Below, in pieces: positions 37,458-47,382 of a stretch of DNA of 64,000 bases. Origin of the DNA: Muribaculaceae bacterium Zag1 (GTDB lineage Bacteria > Bacteroidota > Bacteroidia > Bacteroidales > Muribaculaceae); assembly GCA_002633115.1 (NCBI GenBank), contig NWBJ01000030.1, positions 773 through 64,772 of the forward strand, read 5' to 3'. The stretch's first letter is position 1; the number at the start of each line of letters is the position of its first letter. Below the pieces are notes generated by a model. It was not told the DNA's origin. It saw nothing but the letters and a program-made list of their open reading frames with translations, and did not search any database. The translations under genes were made by a program, and so were the position numbers.

Positions 37458-39911
37458 CTAATAAGCGAACGTCAAATTATCAATCCATAGCACGCTGCCA
37501 CGAAATTCTGACAGCTCTACGTTGGCATCGACTGGTACTTGGGTGTCTTCCTCATCGATAGTGCCAGTGCCGCGGCTTGAGCAGAACATCATCTTCAGTT
37601 TTGTGGCTTTGGTGCCTATGATCTTATATTCAATCGGTAGGTTGAAGGTTATGAAGTCGGGAGCCTCATGAAATTCCATTGTGGCTGTGCCCACGACGAT
37701 CTCGGTCGAGTTCTCATCATTGATGAGCATAATCTCGACAGTGCCGTAGTCTGACTCGTCGGAATCGACGCACGAATATTTGTAGTAGCCGTTTAGCGAC
37801 GATGGGCGCGAATTGAAGGTTACGCCCTCGGTATAGGTTTCGGTCAGGGTGCTGTAATCAAACTTGTAGCTACCGAGGAATAGCTTGGCTGCAGCGCGGT
37901 GGTCGCAATTGGGCACATTGGCATTGTACGGCAACTGCTCGCCCTCTTGCTGCAGATACGGCTGTATCTCCTCGCCATCGACCGACCAGCCCACCGAAGA
38001 CAGGCGCATGCATTTCGAGCCAGAGGTGCTATTGTCAAAGTCGATCACAGTCGAGGTCTGCATATACCAGGTATTGTGGTTCTTGGCCTTGGTGCAGAAT
38101 GTCTTGGCATTGACGTTGGCCCAATATTTATTAGGCCACCATACGTTGACATCGGTATGGTTTTGCATATTATAGATCGGGAAGGTAGTATTTGAGTATA
38201 TGCCTCCTTGGGCCAGATTATGGTAATCAATGTCTTCGGATACATCCTCAAAGTCGCCCTCGGGCACTTGCGCAGCGCTCTCGGTGGTAAACTTAATCGT
38301 AGGCGTGTATGAGCCCTGGACTGTCACCAATTTGATCTCGTAAGTCTTTGACGCGTTCAAGCCGCTGAGGGTGATGATGCCCAGGTCAGAATCTCGGCCA
38401 GAAATGCTCATCTTTGAGCCGTCATAGGTGGCGTAAGCGTATTGAGCCACAGCCTGTGCCAAGGCATCGGGGGCCAAAATCTGAATCAGCGCATGGTTGG
38501 CGTAGGCGTCAACAGTAGCGCTGTATTCGGGCACTATTCTCTTTATGATAGCTTGAGCCTTGGGCTTGCCCAAGTAATCTATTCTTATAGGCACATCGCT
38601 TACGCCCTCTCCTACCGAGAAATAAAGGGTAATGATATCGCTGCCATTAAAATTGTCGCTGCTGGTGATAGGTGCCTCCTTGACCACATCGCCATTGGCA
38701 TCAAGCATGCTGATTGAGAAATCCCGCTCCTCAATATAATCCGAGTTGAGCTGCAGGGTGACCGAGGCTATATTCTCCCCAAAGATTGCATCGGTCTGGC
38801 CCGTGAGTTGAGCCTCCAATGTAGAAATGGCAACATTGAGTACTGATACATCCGATGCGCGGCCCAGCTCATCAAAAGCATGGACAGCAAATTCAATTAC
38901 CGAATTGGCGCTTATGCTCAAGCTCTCAAGAAAAGTGGTGAAATCTATTGACACGCTCTGATCCGCATTGGTCCACACATCCAAGCCTTTTTCTTTGAAA
39001 GCCTCGCCCTCGGTAAGCAAATCGCACTCTTCAGGAAATTGGGAAACCAAGGCCGGAGTGCCGCTCAATGTCATGACCACTGCCTTGAGCGGTGCCTCGG
39101 ATGTGATGTTCATAACAAGAGAGCGCGCCGATGGGAAACCCTCCATCAGACTCACCGGCTCACCCGACTGGAAACTTTCGGTAGTAATCTGAGGTCCATC
39201 AGATGAGAAAAGGGCATCGGTCAATTGGATTTTGCATGACGAGCCTCCGCAACTTATCTCGAAATTGTTAGCCTCATCTATTCCGAGACTATATTCATAT
39301 ATGGTGTTGCTCTTGGCATCAACTTCAAACGAAGGAGAAATTGTAACCTCTCGGCCCGAAGCATCGCTTATTGTAATATATAGGTATGTGACGCCAGGGC
39401 TCAGAAGCAACGGCTCTGTAGCATCGACTTGAAATTCCAGATAATTCCCGCCCACCGAGTGCATCGTCACCTCGTTAATGCTATATTCATCAGCCAGCCG
39501 CGAATCTACAGTCAGATAATTCAGGGATTGTGACAGCGACACGGGTATCTTAACATCAACAGATTCGCTCTCAAGCACTGTGAAGTCAACCTCGCCGATA
39601 TAGCAAGGGCAATCATATCCCTCGCTGCCCTCGGTACCGGATACGGCTTTGGCCGTATATCGCCCTACATGCAGATTCTCGTAGGTGAGATAGTCAGCTA
39701 TATCGGCCCAAGTATAGGAATACACGCTGTCAGCGCTCGACAATGTGAGTGAAAAATTATCAGACGGCAAGGCTGCTGAATTAGGAGAAAGCTCAACGGC
39801 GAACTTCGCCCATCCAAGCCCAGTGGCTTGGGCGTTCTCTTCAGCTTGACATCCGACAAGGAGATAGCTCGCAGCTACCCCTAAAGTTATTTGTAGCCAA
39901 TTCTTTAGCAT
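37458..39911 (-). CDS. Large lipoprotein, DUF4493-like N-terminus and PCMD C-terminus
   Basis: Lipobox LLVGC; LHVGRYTAKA..GYDCPCYIG; PEGDFED, WANVNAKT, AAAKLFLG, RPSSLNGYYKY, LWIDNLTF; -7 box at 39966-39973. Confidence 0.7.
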   Translation of the reverse strand: MLKNWLQITLGVAASYLLVGCQAEENAQATGLGWAKFAVELSPNSAALPSDNFSLTLSSADSVYSYTWADIADYLTYENLHVGRYTAKAVSGTEGSEGYDCPCYIGEVDFTVLESESVDVKIPVSLSQSLNYLTVDSRLADEYSINEVTMHSVGGNYLEFQVDATEPLLLSPGVTYLYITISDASGREVTISPSFEVDAKSNTIYEYSLGIDEANNFEISCGGSSCKIQLTDALFSSDGPQITTESFQSGEPVSLMEGFPSARSLVMNITSEAPLKAVVMTLSGTPALVSQFPEECDLLTEGEAFKEKGLDVWTNADQSVSIDFTTFLESLSISANSVIEFAVHAFDELGRASDVSVLNVAISTLEAQLTGQTDAIFGENIASVTLQLNSDYIEERDFSISMLDANGDVVKEAPITSSDNFNGSDIITLYFSVGEGVSDVPIRIDYLGKPKAQAIIKRIVPEYSATVDAYANHALIQILAPDALAQAVAQYAYATYDGSKMSISGRDSDLGIITLSGLNASKTYEIKLVTVQGSYTPTIKFTTESAAQVPEGDFEDVSEDIDYHNLAQGGIYSNTTFPIYNMQNHTDVNVWWPNKYWANVNAKTFCTKAKNHNTWYMQTSTVIDFDNSTSGSKCMRLSSVGWSVDGEEIQPYLQQEGEQLPYNANVPNCDHRAAAKLFLGSYKFDYSTLTETYTEGVTFNSRPSSLNGYYKYSCVDSDESDYGTVEIMLINDENSTEIVVGTATMEFHEAPDFITFNLPIEYKIIGTKATKLKMMFCSSRGTGTIDEEDTQVPVDANVELSEFRGSVLWIDNLTFAY

Positions 39912-40107
39912 CTGATGCGCTTTGGTTTTTCTTCTCTCGTTTCTCTATAGTTGAAATTCAAATTGCAAAATTAGCCATTTTTTTTGAAGTTTAAGCAATA
40001 TTACTTCAATTAACAAAACACCAATAAGTGAAAAAAGTTGGACTAAAAGTCGAATCCTGCCCATCCTGCCCTCAATTTTTGCCTCGCCCACAGGCTTAGG
40101 CAGATGC

Positions 40108-40136
40108 AAAAAGGGTCTTCCTCACGGGAGACCCTT
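40108..40136 (-). terminator. Terminator of the 40218-40772 gene
   Basis: AAGGGTCTTCC/GGGAGACCCTT stem with an A run at 40108-40112. Confidence 0.65.
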
Positions 40137-40217
40137 CCTCCTTTTTCCATTTCAGCCTCTTTTACAACATGAAAAAGTTAAGAAATCAATCGAGGCTGTG
40201 ATGGCAGGCTCTTCTAA

Positions 40218-40772
40218 TCAATCGTAATTGATCTCATCGTATCCTTCGGCATCAAACTCCGAGGGATCGTATTCGTCTGAACCGTAGAACTCCTCACCGA
40301 GGTCATCGAGGTCGGCAGCCGAGGCTGCGGCTTTGTCATCAAGGTTCTTGGTGAACTCATCGATGTCGACCGTCTGCTGAGGTGCTTGTCCAAGAGAGAG
40401 GGTGCACACCGGGTCCTTGAGGATCTTGCCGGTGATGATGCTGCGCAATTCCATGAAGAGGCATCGGTCGGTCATGTAGTCGAAGACGAACAGTATCTTC
40501 TGACCCTCGTCGTCGAGGTAGTCGCTCAGCACGCACTCGTCCATCAACCACACATCCTGGTCGCTGTCTACGTCCATGTCCTCCATGGTAATTTCTTTCT
40601 GCTTCTCCCAGCTGTCATCGCAGAGGAAGAATGACGACATTTGATTCTTGTCATAACCTACGCTGTCGCAGATGGCATTCTTAAGGTCTTGAAACGTCGC
40701 CGTGGCGTCGATATCGATTTCACGCTTGAAATTCGATACCTCATCTGATACAATTCTAAACTTAAATATCAT
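40218..40772 (-). CDS. Conserved acidic protein, pRiA4b ORF-3 / IS1096 passenger TnpR-like family
   Basis: FKREIDIDATATFQDL..SSFFLCDDSW..LFVFDYM pattern; very acidic tail. Confidence 0.6.
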   Translation of the reverse strand: MIFKFRIVSDEVSNFKREIDIDATATFQDLKNAICDSVGYDKNQMSSFFLCDDSWEKQKEITMEDMDVDSDQDVWLMDECVLSDYLDDEGQKILFVFDYMTDRCLFMELRSIITGKILKDPVCTLSLGQAPQQTVDIDEFTKNLDDKAAASAADLDDLGEEFYGSDEYDPSEFDAEGYDEINYD

Positions 40773-40962
40773 GGTTAAAATGTTTGTTTCGTTTCTACGC
40801 TGCTAAGTTAACAATTAATATGACACGATTTATCATTTTGAGTGATTTTTTTTATTAAAATTCTTAAAAAGCGAATTTTCTTTTGCCTAAAATTGTTCAT
40901 TACAAAAAAAGAGAGTAATTTTGCACTCCATAAATGACCAAACAACCATACAAAATACAACG

Positions 40963-42321
40963 ATGAACGTAAGTTTAGAGAAAAAGGGCAATGTCGATGG
41001 CATTATCACCGTCACCGTTGACACTGCCGATTACGCTGACAAAGTCAAGAAAGAGCTGAAGCGCATTTCTGACACACACGTTATCCCCGGCTTCCGCAAG
41101 GGCCACGTCCCTATGGACCAACTGCGCCGTCGCTTCGGCAAGGGCGTCAAGAGCGATGTCATCAACGACATGGTGTACCGCGAGGTGCTCAAATACATCA
41201 CCGACAACAAGCTTGACATCCTGGGCGAGCCCCTCCCCATCGATGTCAAGGAGATTACTCTTGACGATGGCGACTACACATTCCAGTACGAAGTGGGATT
41301 TGCTCCCGAGCTGGGCGAAGTTGCCACCAAGGAGGTAGAACTACCTTATTATATTATAGAGGTGTCGGATGAGATGCGCGCCGAGCAGGACAAGAGCCTG
41401 CTCGAGCGTCTCGGCTCACAGGTGCCCGGCGACACTGTCGACGAGCGCGCACTGGTCAAGGGCGCCATCATGGAGCTCAACCCCGACGGCACTGTCAAGG
41501 AAGGCGAAGATGCCATTCAGGTTATCAATGGCATCGTGGCTCCCTTCTACTTCAAGGACAAGGAAGAGGCTGACAAGTTCCTGGGCAAGCATGTCAACGA
41601 CAAGGTTGTCTTCAATCCCTGGAAGACATGCGAGGGCAATGCCACCGAGCTCTCATCGATGCTCAATGTCGACAAAGACAAGGCTGCCGACATCAAGGCC
41701 GACTTTGAGATGGCCATTTCTGAGATCATCGTGCTCAAGCCTGCCGAGCATGACCAGGAATTCTTTGACAACGTGTTTGGCAAGGACAAGGTGCACAACG
41801 AAGAGGAGTACACCACTGCCCTCACCCAGATGATCGGCCACAGCCTACGCGGCAACAGCGAGCAGCTCTTCGCCGAGCAGACCCGTCGCTACTTCATCGA
41901 CAAATATTCATCAATCGAGCTTCCCGAGGAGTTCCTCAAGAAGTGGCTTGTTGCCCGCAACGAAGAGCTCACCCCCGAGAATATCGACGAGGAGTACCAG
42001 AAGATGCGTCCCGCTCTGATCTGGGAGCTCGTGCGCGGCGCCATCAACAAAGAACTCGACGTCAAGGTTGAGGAAGCCGACCTGCTGGCCCAGGCCAAGG
42101 GCATCGCTTACCAGCAATTCGCCCAGTACGGCATGACCAACCTCGACGACGAGACCCTGACCTCGTACGCCAAAAACATTCTTGACAACAAAGACTACCG
42201 TCGCCGCATAGCCGAGCAGGTAGGCGAGGCCAAGACCTTCACCGCTCTCAAGGAGAAGGTAACCATGGATACCAAGAATGTTTCGGTTGAGGAATTCAAG
42301 GAAATTGCCTCGAAAGCCTGA
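40963..42321 (+). CDS. tig: Trigger factor
   Basis: IPGFRKGHVP ribosome-binding motif; -7 box TAATTTTG at 40916-40923 supports the ATG at 40963. Confidence 0.93.
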   Translation: MNVSLEKKGNVDGIITVTVDTADYADKVKKELKRISDTHVIPGFRKGHVPMDQLRRRFGKGVKSDVINDMVYREVLKYITDNKLDILGEPLPIDVKEITLDDGDYTFQYEVGFAPELGEVATKEVELPYYIIEVSDEMRAEQDKSLLERLGSQVPGDTVDERALVKGAIMELNPDGTVKEGEDAIQVINGIVAPFYFKDKEEADKFLGKHVNDKVVFNPWKTCEGNATELSSMLNVDKDKAADIKADFEMAISEIIVLKPAEHDQEFFDNVFGKDKVHNEEEYTTALTQMIGHSLRGNSEQLFAEQTRRYFIDKYSSIELPEEFLKKWLVARNEELTPENIDEEYQKMRPALIWELVRGAINKELDVKVEEADLLAQAKGIAYQQFAQYGMTNLDDETLTSYAKNILDNKDYRRRIAEQVGEAKTFTALKEKVTMDTKNVSVEEFKEIASKA

Positions 42322-42361
42322 CAATCGACACTGAGATTGAAAAAATTTTCACTCTCGTGAT

Positions 42362-42409
42362 AAAAAAATCTAGAAATTCATCTATTTCTAGATTTTTTTT
42401 GTAACTTTG
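42362..42409. promoter_or_regulatory. 16-bp AT-rich inverted repeat overlapping the clpX promoter
   Basis: AAAAAAATCTAGAAAT-N6-ATTTCTAGATTTTTTT, then TAACTTTG at 42402-42409. Confidence 0.65.
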
Positions 42410-42458
42410 AATTACAATAAGCGATTAACGAAAAAGCAGACTAAACTTAACACTGAAA

Positions 42459-43712
42459 ATGGCAAAGAAACAAGCCACATGCTCATTTTGCGGACGTCCC
42501 GCCGACATGGCTGAATTCATGATTCCCACAGCTGATGAGAAGAATTGGATTTGCCCTGACTGTGTGGAGCAGCTCCACGCCATGATCCTCGACTTCCACA
42601 AGTCGATCAACGGAGGCGCAAAGGGAGGCAAAGGCAAGGACAAATCAAATGTCAATCTCAACAAGGTGCCCAAGCCCAAGGAAATCAAGGAATTTCTTGA
42701 CCAATACGTGATTGGGCAGGAAAGCGCCAAAAGATACCTGTCTGTAGCCGTCTACAACCATTATAAGCGACTGGCTCAGAATGATGATGACGTAGATATC
42801 GAGAAGAGCAACATCATACTCGTTGGCCCCACCGGAACTGGCAAGACCCTCTTGGCACGCACCATCGCCAAGCTGCTCGACGTGCCGTTCACCATCGTCG
42901 ACGCTACTGTGCTGACCCAGGCCGGCTATGTGGGCGAAGACATCGAGAGCTTGCTCACCCGACTGCTGCAAGTAGCCGACTACGATGTGGCCAAGGCTGA
43001 GAAAGGCATAGTATTCATTGACGAAATCGACAAGATAGCTCGCAAAGGCGACAACCCGTCAATCACCCGCGATGTGAGCGGCGAGGGCGTACAGCAAGGA
43101 TTGCTCAAGCTGCTCGAGGGCTCAGTGGTGAACGTGCCGCCGCAAGGAGGCCGCAAGCACCCCGAGCAGAAGATGATTCCTGTCGACACCCGCAATATCC
43201 TATTTATATGCGGCGGCGCATTTGACGGCATCGAGGACAAGATTGCCCACCGCCTCAACTCGCACGTCGTGGGCTATGCCACCGACGCAAAGAAGAAACA
43301 TATTAATAAGGAGGATTACATGCGCTACGTGGCCCCGCAGGACTTGAAGTCGTTTGGCCTCATCCCCGAGATCATCGGCCGCTTGCCTATCCTCACATCG
43401 CTCGAGCCTCTCGACCGCGACGCTCTGCGCCGCGTGCTCACCGAGCCAAAGAATGCCATCACCCGCCAATACGAAAAGCTGTTTGCTATGGACGGTGTGA
43501 TACTCACATTCGCCCCCGATGCGCTGGAATACATCGTTGACAAAGCCATCGAATACAAGCTCGGAGCCCGAGGTCTGAGATCAATCGTCGAGACGATCAT
43601 GATCGATGCCATGTATGAGATCCCATCGACCCCCTCAAAGAAATTTGAGGTCACCATCGATTACGCCCGGGAAAAACTCGAAGAGGCCAACTTTGAGGCC
43701 GCTGCCGTCTGA
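42459..43712 (+). CDS. clpX: ATP-dependent Clp protease ATPase ClpX
   Basis: CSFC..CPDC zinc finger, [32 protein letters not shown]. Confidence 0.98.
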   Translation: MAKKQATCSFCGRPADMAEFMIPTADEKNWICPDCVEQLHAMILDFHKSINGGAKGGKGKDKSNVNLNKVPKPKEIKEFLDQYVIGQESAKRYLSVAVYNHYKRLAQNDDDVDIEKSNIILVGPTGTGKTLLARTIAKLLDVPFTIVDATVLTQAGYVGEDIESLLTRLLQVADYDVAKAEKGIVFIDEIDKIARKGDNPSITRDVSGEGVQQGLLKLLEGSVVNVPPQGGRKHPEQKMIPVDTRNILFICGGAFDGIEDKIAHRLNSHVVGYATDAKKKHINKEDYMRYVAPQDLKSFGLIPEIIGRLPILTSLEPLDRDALRRVLTEPKNAITRQYEKLFAMDGVILTFAPDALEYIVDKAIEYKLGARGLRSIVETIMIDAMYEIPSTPSKKFEVTIDYAREKLEEANFEAAAV

Positions 43713-43765
43713 CCCGTGGCGCCTGTGTTCTATAATAAACTAATCTCCTCAATCCTAATTGACCA

Positions 43766-45949
43766 ATGGCCGATATTAGACAACTCTTAGCCCATGCACT
43801 GAAAGAGCATTTCGGATTTGACCACTTCAAGGGTAATCAAGAAGCCATCATGACCAACCTCATGATGGGCCGCGATTCCTTTGTGCTCATGCCTACGGGC
43901 GGTGGCAAGTCGCTATGCTACCAGTTGCCAGCCCTCTTGCTCGAGGGTACAGCCATTGTAATCTCTCCCCTTATTGCCTTGATGAAAAATCAGGTGGACG
44001 CCATGCGCAACTTCAGCGAAGCCGACAGCGTGGCCCACTTCCTCAATTCTTCTCTCAACAAGGCTGCTGTCGACGAGGTGAAGACCGACATCCGTGCCGG
44101 CCGAACCAAACTGCTATACGTTGCTCCCGAATCCCTCACCAAGGAAGACAACATCGAATTCCTGAAAAGTATCAAAATATCATTCTACGCTATCGACGAA
44201 GCGCATTGCATCTCTGAGTGGGGGCATGACTTCAGGCCCGAATACCGTCGCATCCGTCCGATCATCAACGAGATTGGCCCGCGTCCGATAATCGCCCTAA
44301 CTGCCACTGCCACACCCAAGGTGCAGCACGATATCCAGAAAAACCTCGGAATACTCAACTGCGACTTGTTCAAGTCGTCGTTCAACCGCGAAAATCTTTT
44401 CTATGAGATTCGCCCTAAGACCAAAAACACTGACCGCGAAATCATCAAGTTTATTCGCTCGAATACCGGAAAATCTGGAATTATCTACTGCCTAAGCCGT
44501 AAGAAGGTGGAAGAATTGGCCGAGTTCCTCAAAATCAATGGAATAAAAGCCCTGCCATACCACGCTGGCATGGACGGACTCACCCGCTCGGCCAACCAAG
44601 ATGCCTTCCTGCTCGAGAATGTGGATGTGATTGTAGCTACAATCGCTTTCGGGATGGGCATCGACAAGCCCGATGTCAGATTCGTCATCCATTACGACAT
44701 GCCCAAGTCTCTCGAGGGTTACTATCAAGAGACCGGACGTGCCGGACGCGATGGTGGCGAGGGCCGCTGCATAACTTTCTATTCTGCAAAAGACCTACAG
44801 AAGATGGAAAAGTTTATGCAAGGTAAACCAGTGACCGAGCAGGAAATTGGCAAACAGCTCCTGGTTGAGACTGCATCCTACGCCGAATCTTCAGTGTGCC
44901 GCCGCAAGACGCTGCTGCACTATTTCGGCGAAGAATACAAAGAAGATAATTGTGGAAATTGTGACAATTGCATTAACCCTAAGAAAAGAGTGGAAGCAAA
45001 AGACGATTTGCTAGCAGTCATCGAAACGGTGACTGCCCTGAAAGAAAAATTCAAAGCCGATCACATCATCAATGTGATGCGAGGCAAGGCCACAGCCGAT
45101 GTCAAATCTTACGGACATGACGAGCTCGAGGTCTTTGGATGCGCCGAAACAAGCGATGAACGTTATCTCAACGCCGTGATACGTCAGGCTATCATTTCTG
45201 GATACCTTGACCGCGACATCGAGAATTTTGGCATACTCCATGTCACCGCCGAAGGTAAAAAATTTCTCCAGAATCCTAAGTCATTCAAAATTGTAGAGGA
45301 CAATGATTTCTCGGAAGAGGAAGAAGAGGCCGTGCTCAAGGGTGGCGCATCGTGCGCTGTCGACCCTGAGCTCTATAATATCCTGAAGGACTTGCGCAAG
45401 AAGGTGGCCAAAAAACTGGATCTGCCCCCTTACGTCGTGTTCCAAGACTTTTCGCTCGAAGCCATGGCCACTACCTACCCCATCTCAATCGAGGAGCTCC
45501 AGAACATCACTGGAGTCGGGGCCGGCAAAGCCAAGAGATACGGTGAGGAATTTGTGAAAGTGATCAAGAAGCATGTCGAAGACAACGAAATCGAACGCCC
45601 CGAAGACTTGCGCGTGCGCAGCGTTGCCAACAAGAGCAAGCAGAAGATCAGCATCATACAAGCCATCGACCGCCGAGTGCCCCTCGACGAATTAGCCGAG
45701 GCGCATGGCCTGGAGTTTGGAGAATTGCTCGACGAAATTGAGGCAATAATGTACTCTGGCAGCAAAATCAACATCTCGTACTACATCAACGAGGTCATTG
45801 ACCCCGATGTGCAGGAAGAGATATTCGACTATTTCAAACGCACTGAGCAAGACGACCTGCAAGCAGCTATTGATGAGCTCGGAGCCGATTACACTGAGGA
45901 TGAGATACGCCTGATGCGCATCAAATTCCTCTCTGAGCTTGGCTATTGA
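43766..45949 (+). CDS. recQ: DNA helicase RecQ
   Basis: MPTGGGKS, DEAHCISEWGHDFRPEY, ATIAFGMGIDK, RQC and HRDC regions. Confidence 0.97.
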   Translation: MADIRQLLAHALKEHFGFDHFKGNQEAIMTNLMMGRDSFVLMPTGGGKSLCYQLPALLLEGTAIVISPLIALMKNQVDAMRNFSEADSVAHFLNSSLNKAAVDEVKTDIRAGRTKLLYVAPESLTKEDNIEFLKSIKISFYAIDEAHCISEWGHDFRPEYRRIRPIINEIGPRPIIALTATATPKVQHDIQKNLGILNCDLFKSSFNRENLFYEIRPKTKNTDREIIKFIRSNTGKSGIIYCLSRKKVEELAEFLKINGIKALPYHAGMDGLTRSANQDAFLLENVDVIVATIAFGMGIDKPDVRFVIHYDMPKSLEGYYQETGRAGRDGGEGRCITFYSAKDLQKMEKFMQGKPVTEQEIGKQLLVETASYAESSVCRRKTLLHYFGEEYKEDNCGNCDNCINPKKRVEAKDDLLAVIETVTALKEKFKADHIINVMRGKATADVKSYGHDELEVFGCAETSDERYLNAVIRQAIISGYLDRDIENFGILHVTAEGKKFLQNPKSFKIVEDNDFSEEEEEAVLKGGASCAVDPELYNILKDLRKKVAKKLDLPPYVVFQDFSLEAMATTYPISIEELQNITGVGAGKAKRYGEEFVKVIKKHVEDNEIERPEDLRVRSVANKSKQKISIIQAIDRRVPLDELAEAHGLEFGELLDEIEAIMYSGSKINISYYINEVIDPDVQEEIFDYFKRTEQDDLQAAIDELGADYTEDEIRLMRIKFLSELGY

Positions 45950-45950
45950 G

Positions 45951-47381
45951 ATGAGCAACATCAATCAACTGCAAGACCTGTACAAATCGCATGTGGGCAC
46001 CCAATGCACCCACATCGAGGAATTGCCTTCATCCGGTTCCAATCGGAGATACTTCCGGCTTTCGGGCCCAGTATCCCTGATTGGGGTAATAGGCAATTGC
46101 TTGGAGGAAAACGAAGCTTTCCTCTATCTCGACGAACATTTCAGCGAGAAAGGCATACCCGTGCCCAAAGTAGTGGCCGTGAGCCAGGACCGCATGGCAT
46201 ATCTGCAAGAAGACCTCGGCGACACCCTGCTGTTCAACGCCATCGAAAAGGGGCGCCAGACTTGTTCCTTCTCCACCCAAGAGCGGGAACTGCTGGTGCG
46301 CACCATCACCAAGCTCCCCGAAATCCAATTCATGGGAGCCATTGGCCTGAACTTCAACAAATGCTATCCGCCCGAGCAATTTGACGTGAGGTCTATAATG
46401 TGGGACCTCAACTACTTTAAATACTGCTTCCTCAAAGCCACGGGCATAGATTTCTTGGAGAATAAGCTGGAAGACAACTTCCAAGCCCTGGCCGAAGTGC
46501 TGATGCGCAGCAAGTCGAGCACATTCATGTACCGCGATTTCCAGTCGCGCAATGTGATGATCAAGGATGGGCAGCCATGGTTTATCGATTTCCAGGGGGG
46601 CCGCAAGGGACCATTCTACTACGATGTGGCATCATTTCTCTGGCAAGCCAAGGCTCGATTCCCCGACAGCCTGCGCCAAGAGCTGATCCAGGAATACATC
46701 AAGGCTCTGCGCAAATACAAGCCAGTGGATGAGTCATATTTCCACGAGCAATTACGCCACTTCGTGCTGTTCCGTATCCTGCAAGTGCTGGGCGCTTACG
46801 GTTTCAGAGGATACTTTGAAAAGAAGCCCCATTTCTTGCAAAGCGTGCCTTATGCCATCTCCAACCTGCGCGAACTGCTCAAAGAGCCATTTGAGGAATA
46901 TCCCTACTTGCACTCGCTGCTGCAGCGCCTCACCGAGATGAAGCAATTCTCAGACGCGCTACAGAAGAAAGCTCTCACCGTGCGCGTCATGAGCTTTGCC
47001 TACAAAAAAGGCATACCAAACGATGAATCCGGCAATGGCGGAGGCTTCGTGTTTGATTGCCGCGCAGTCAACAATCCCGGCAAATATGACCGCTACAAGC
47101 CATTTACCGGTCTCGACGCGCCGGTCATAAAATTTCTCGAGGACGATGGCGAAATCACAGTCTTCTTGAAACATTGCACCGAACTGGTCGATGCCACTGT
47201 CAAGCGTTACATCGAGCGCGGGTTCTCGCATCTGATGGTATGCTTTGGATGCACCGGCGGTCAGCACCGTTCGGTCTATTGCGCCCAACATTTGGCCGAA
47301 CATCTCAACAAAGAATTCAATGTCAAGGTTGAGCTGGTGCATCGCGAACAAGACATCGAGCAAAATTTCAAAGCGCACTGA
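45951..47381 (+). CDS. AmgK-like APH-family phosphotransferase fused to a RapZ C-terminal domain
   Basis: GSNRRYFR, RDFQSRN, IDFQG; C-terminal SFAYKKG..FDCR..GCTGGQHRSV. Confidence 0.8.
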   Translation: MSNINQLQDLYKSHVGTQCTHIEELPSSGSNRRYFRLSGPVSLIGVIGNCLEENEAFLYLDEHFSEKGIPVPKVVAVSQDRMAYLQEDLGDTLLFNAIEKGRQTCSFSTQERELLVRTITKLPEIQFMGAIGLNFNKCYPPEQFDVRSIMWDLNYFKYCFLKATGIDFLENKLEDNFQALAEVLMRSKSSTFMYRDFQSRNVMIKDGQPWFIDFQGGRKGPFYYDVASFLWQAKARFPDSLRQELIQEYIKALRKYKPVDESYFHEQLRHFVLFRILQVLGAYGFRGYFEKKPHFLQSVPYAISNLRELLKEPFEEYPYLHSLLQRLTEMKQFSDALQKKALTVRVMSFAYKKGIPNDESGNGGGFVFDCRAVNNPGKYDRYKPFTGLDAPVIKFLEDDGEITVFLKHCTELVDATVKRYIERGFSHLMVCFGCTGGQHRSVYCAQHLAEHLNKEFNVKVELVHREQDIEQNFKAH

Positions 47382-47382
47382 G

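Noticed and set aside
40218-40772. Mobile element implied by the IS1096-passenger/pRiA4b-like family name
   Set aside because: No transposase, terminal repeats or target duplication; it behaves as a chromosomal gene divergent from tig
47245-47382. Extended N-terminus of the nucleotidyltransferase; likewise the longer starts for dnaN, coaBC, gyrB, psd-like, tig, floA and kdsB
   Set aside because: Extensions overlap upstream genes or promoters, or precede the conserved family start; homology begins at the later ATG
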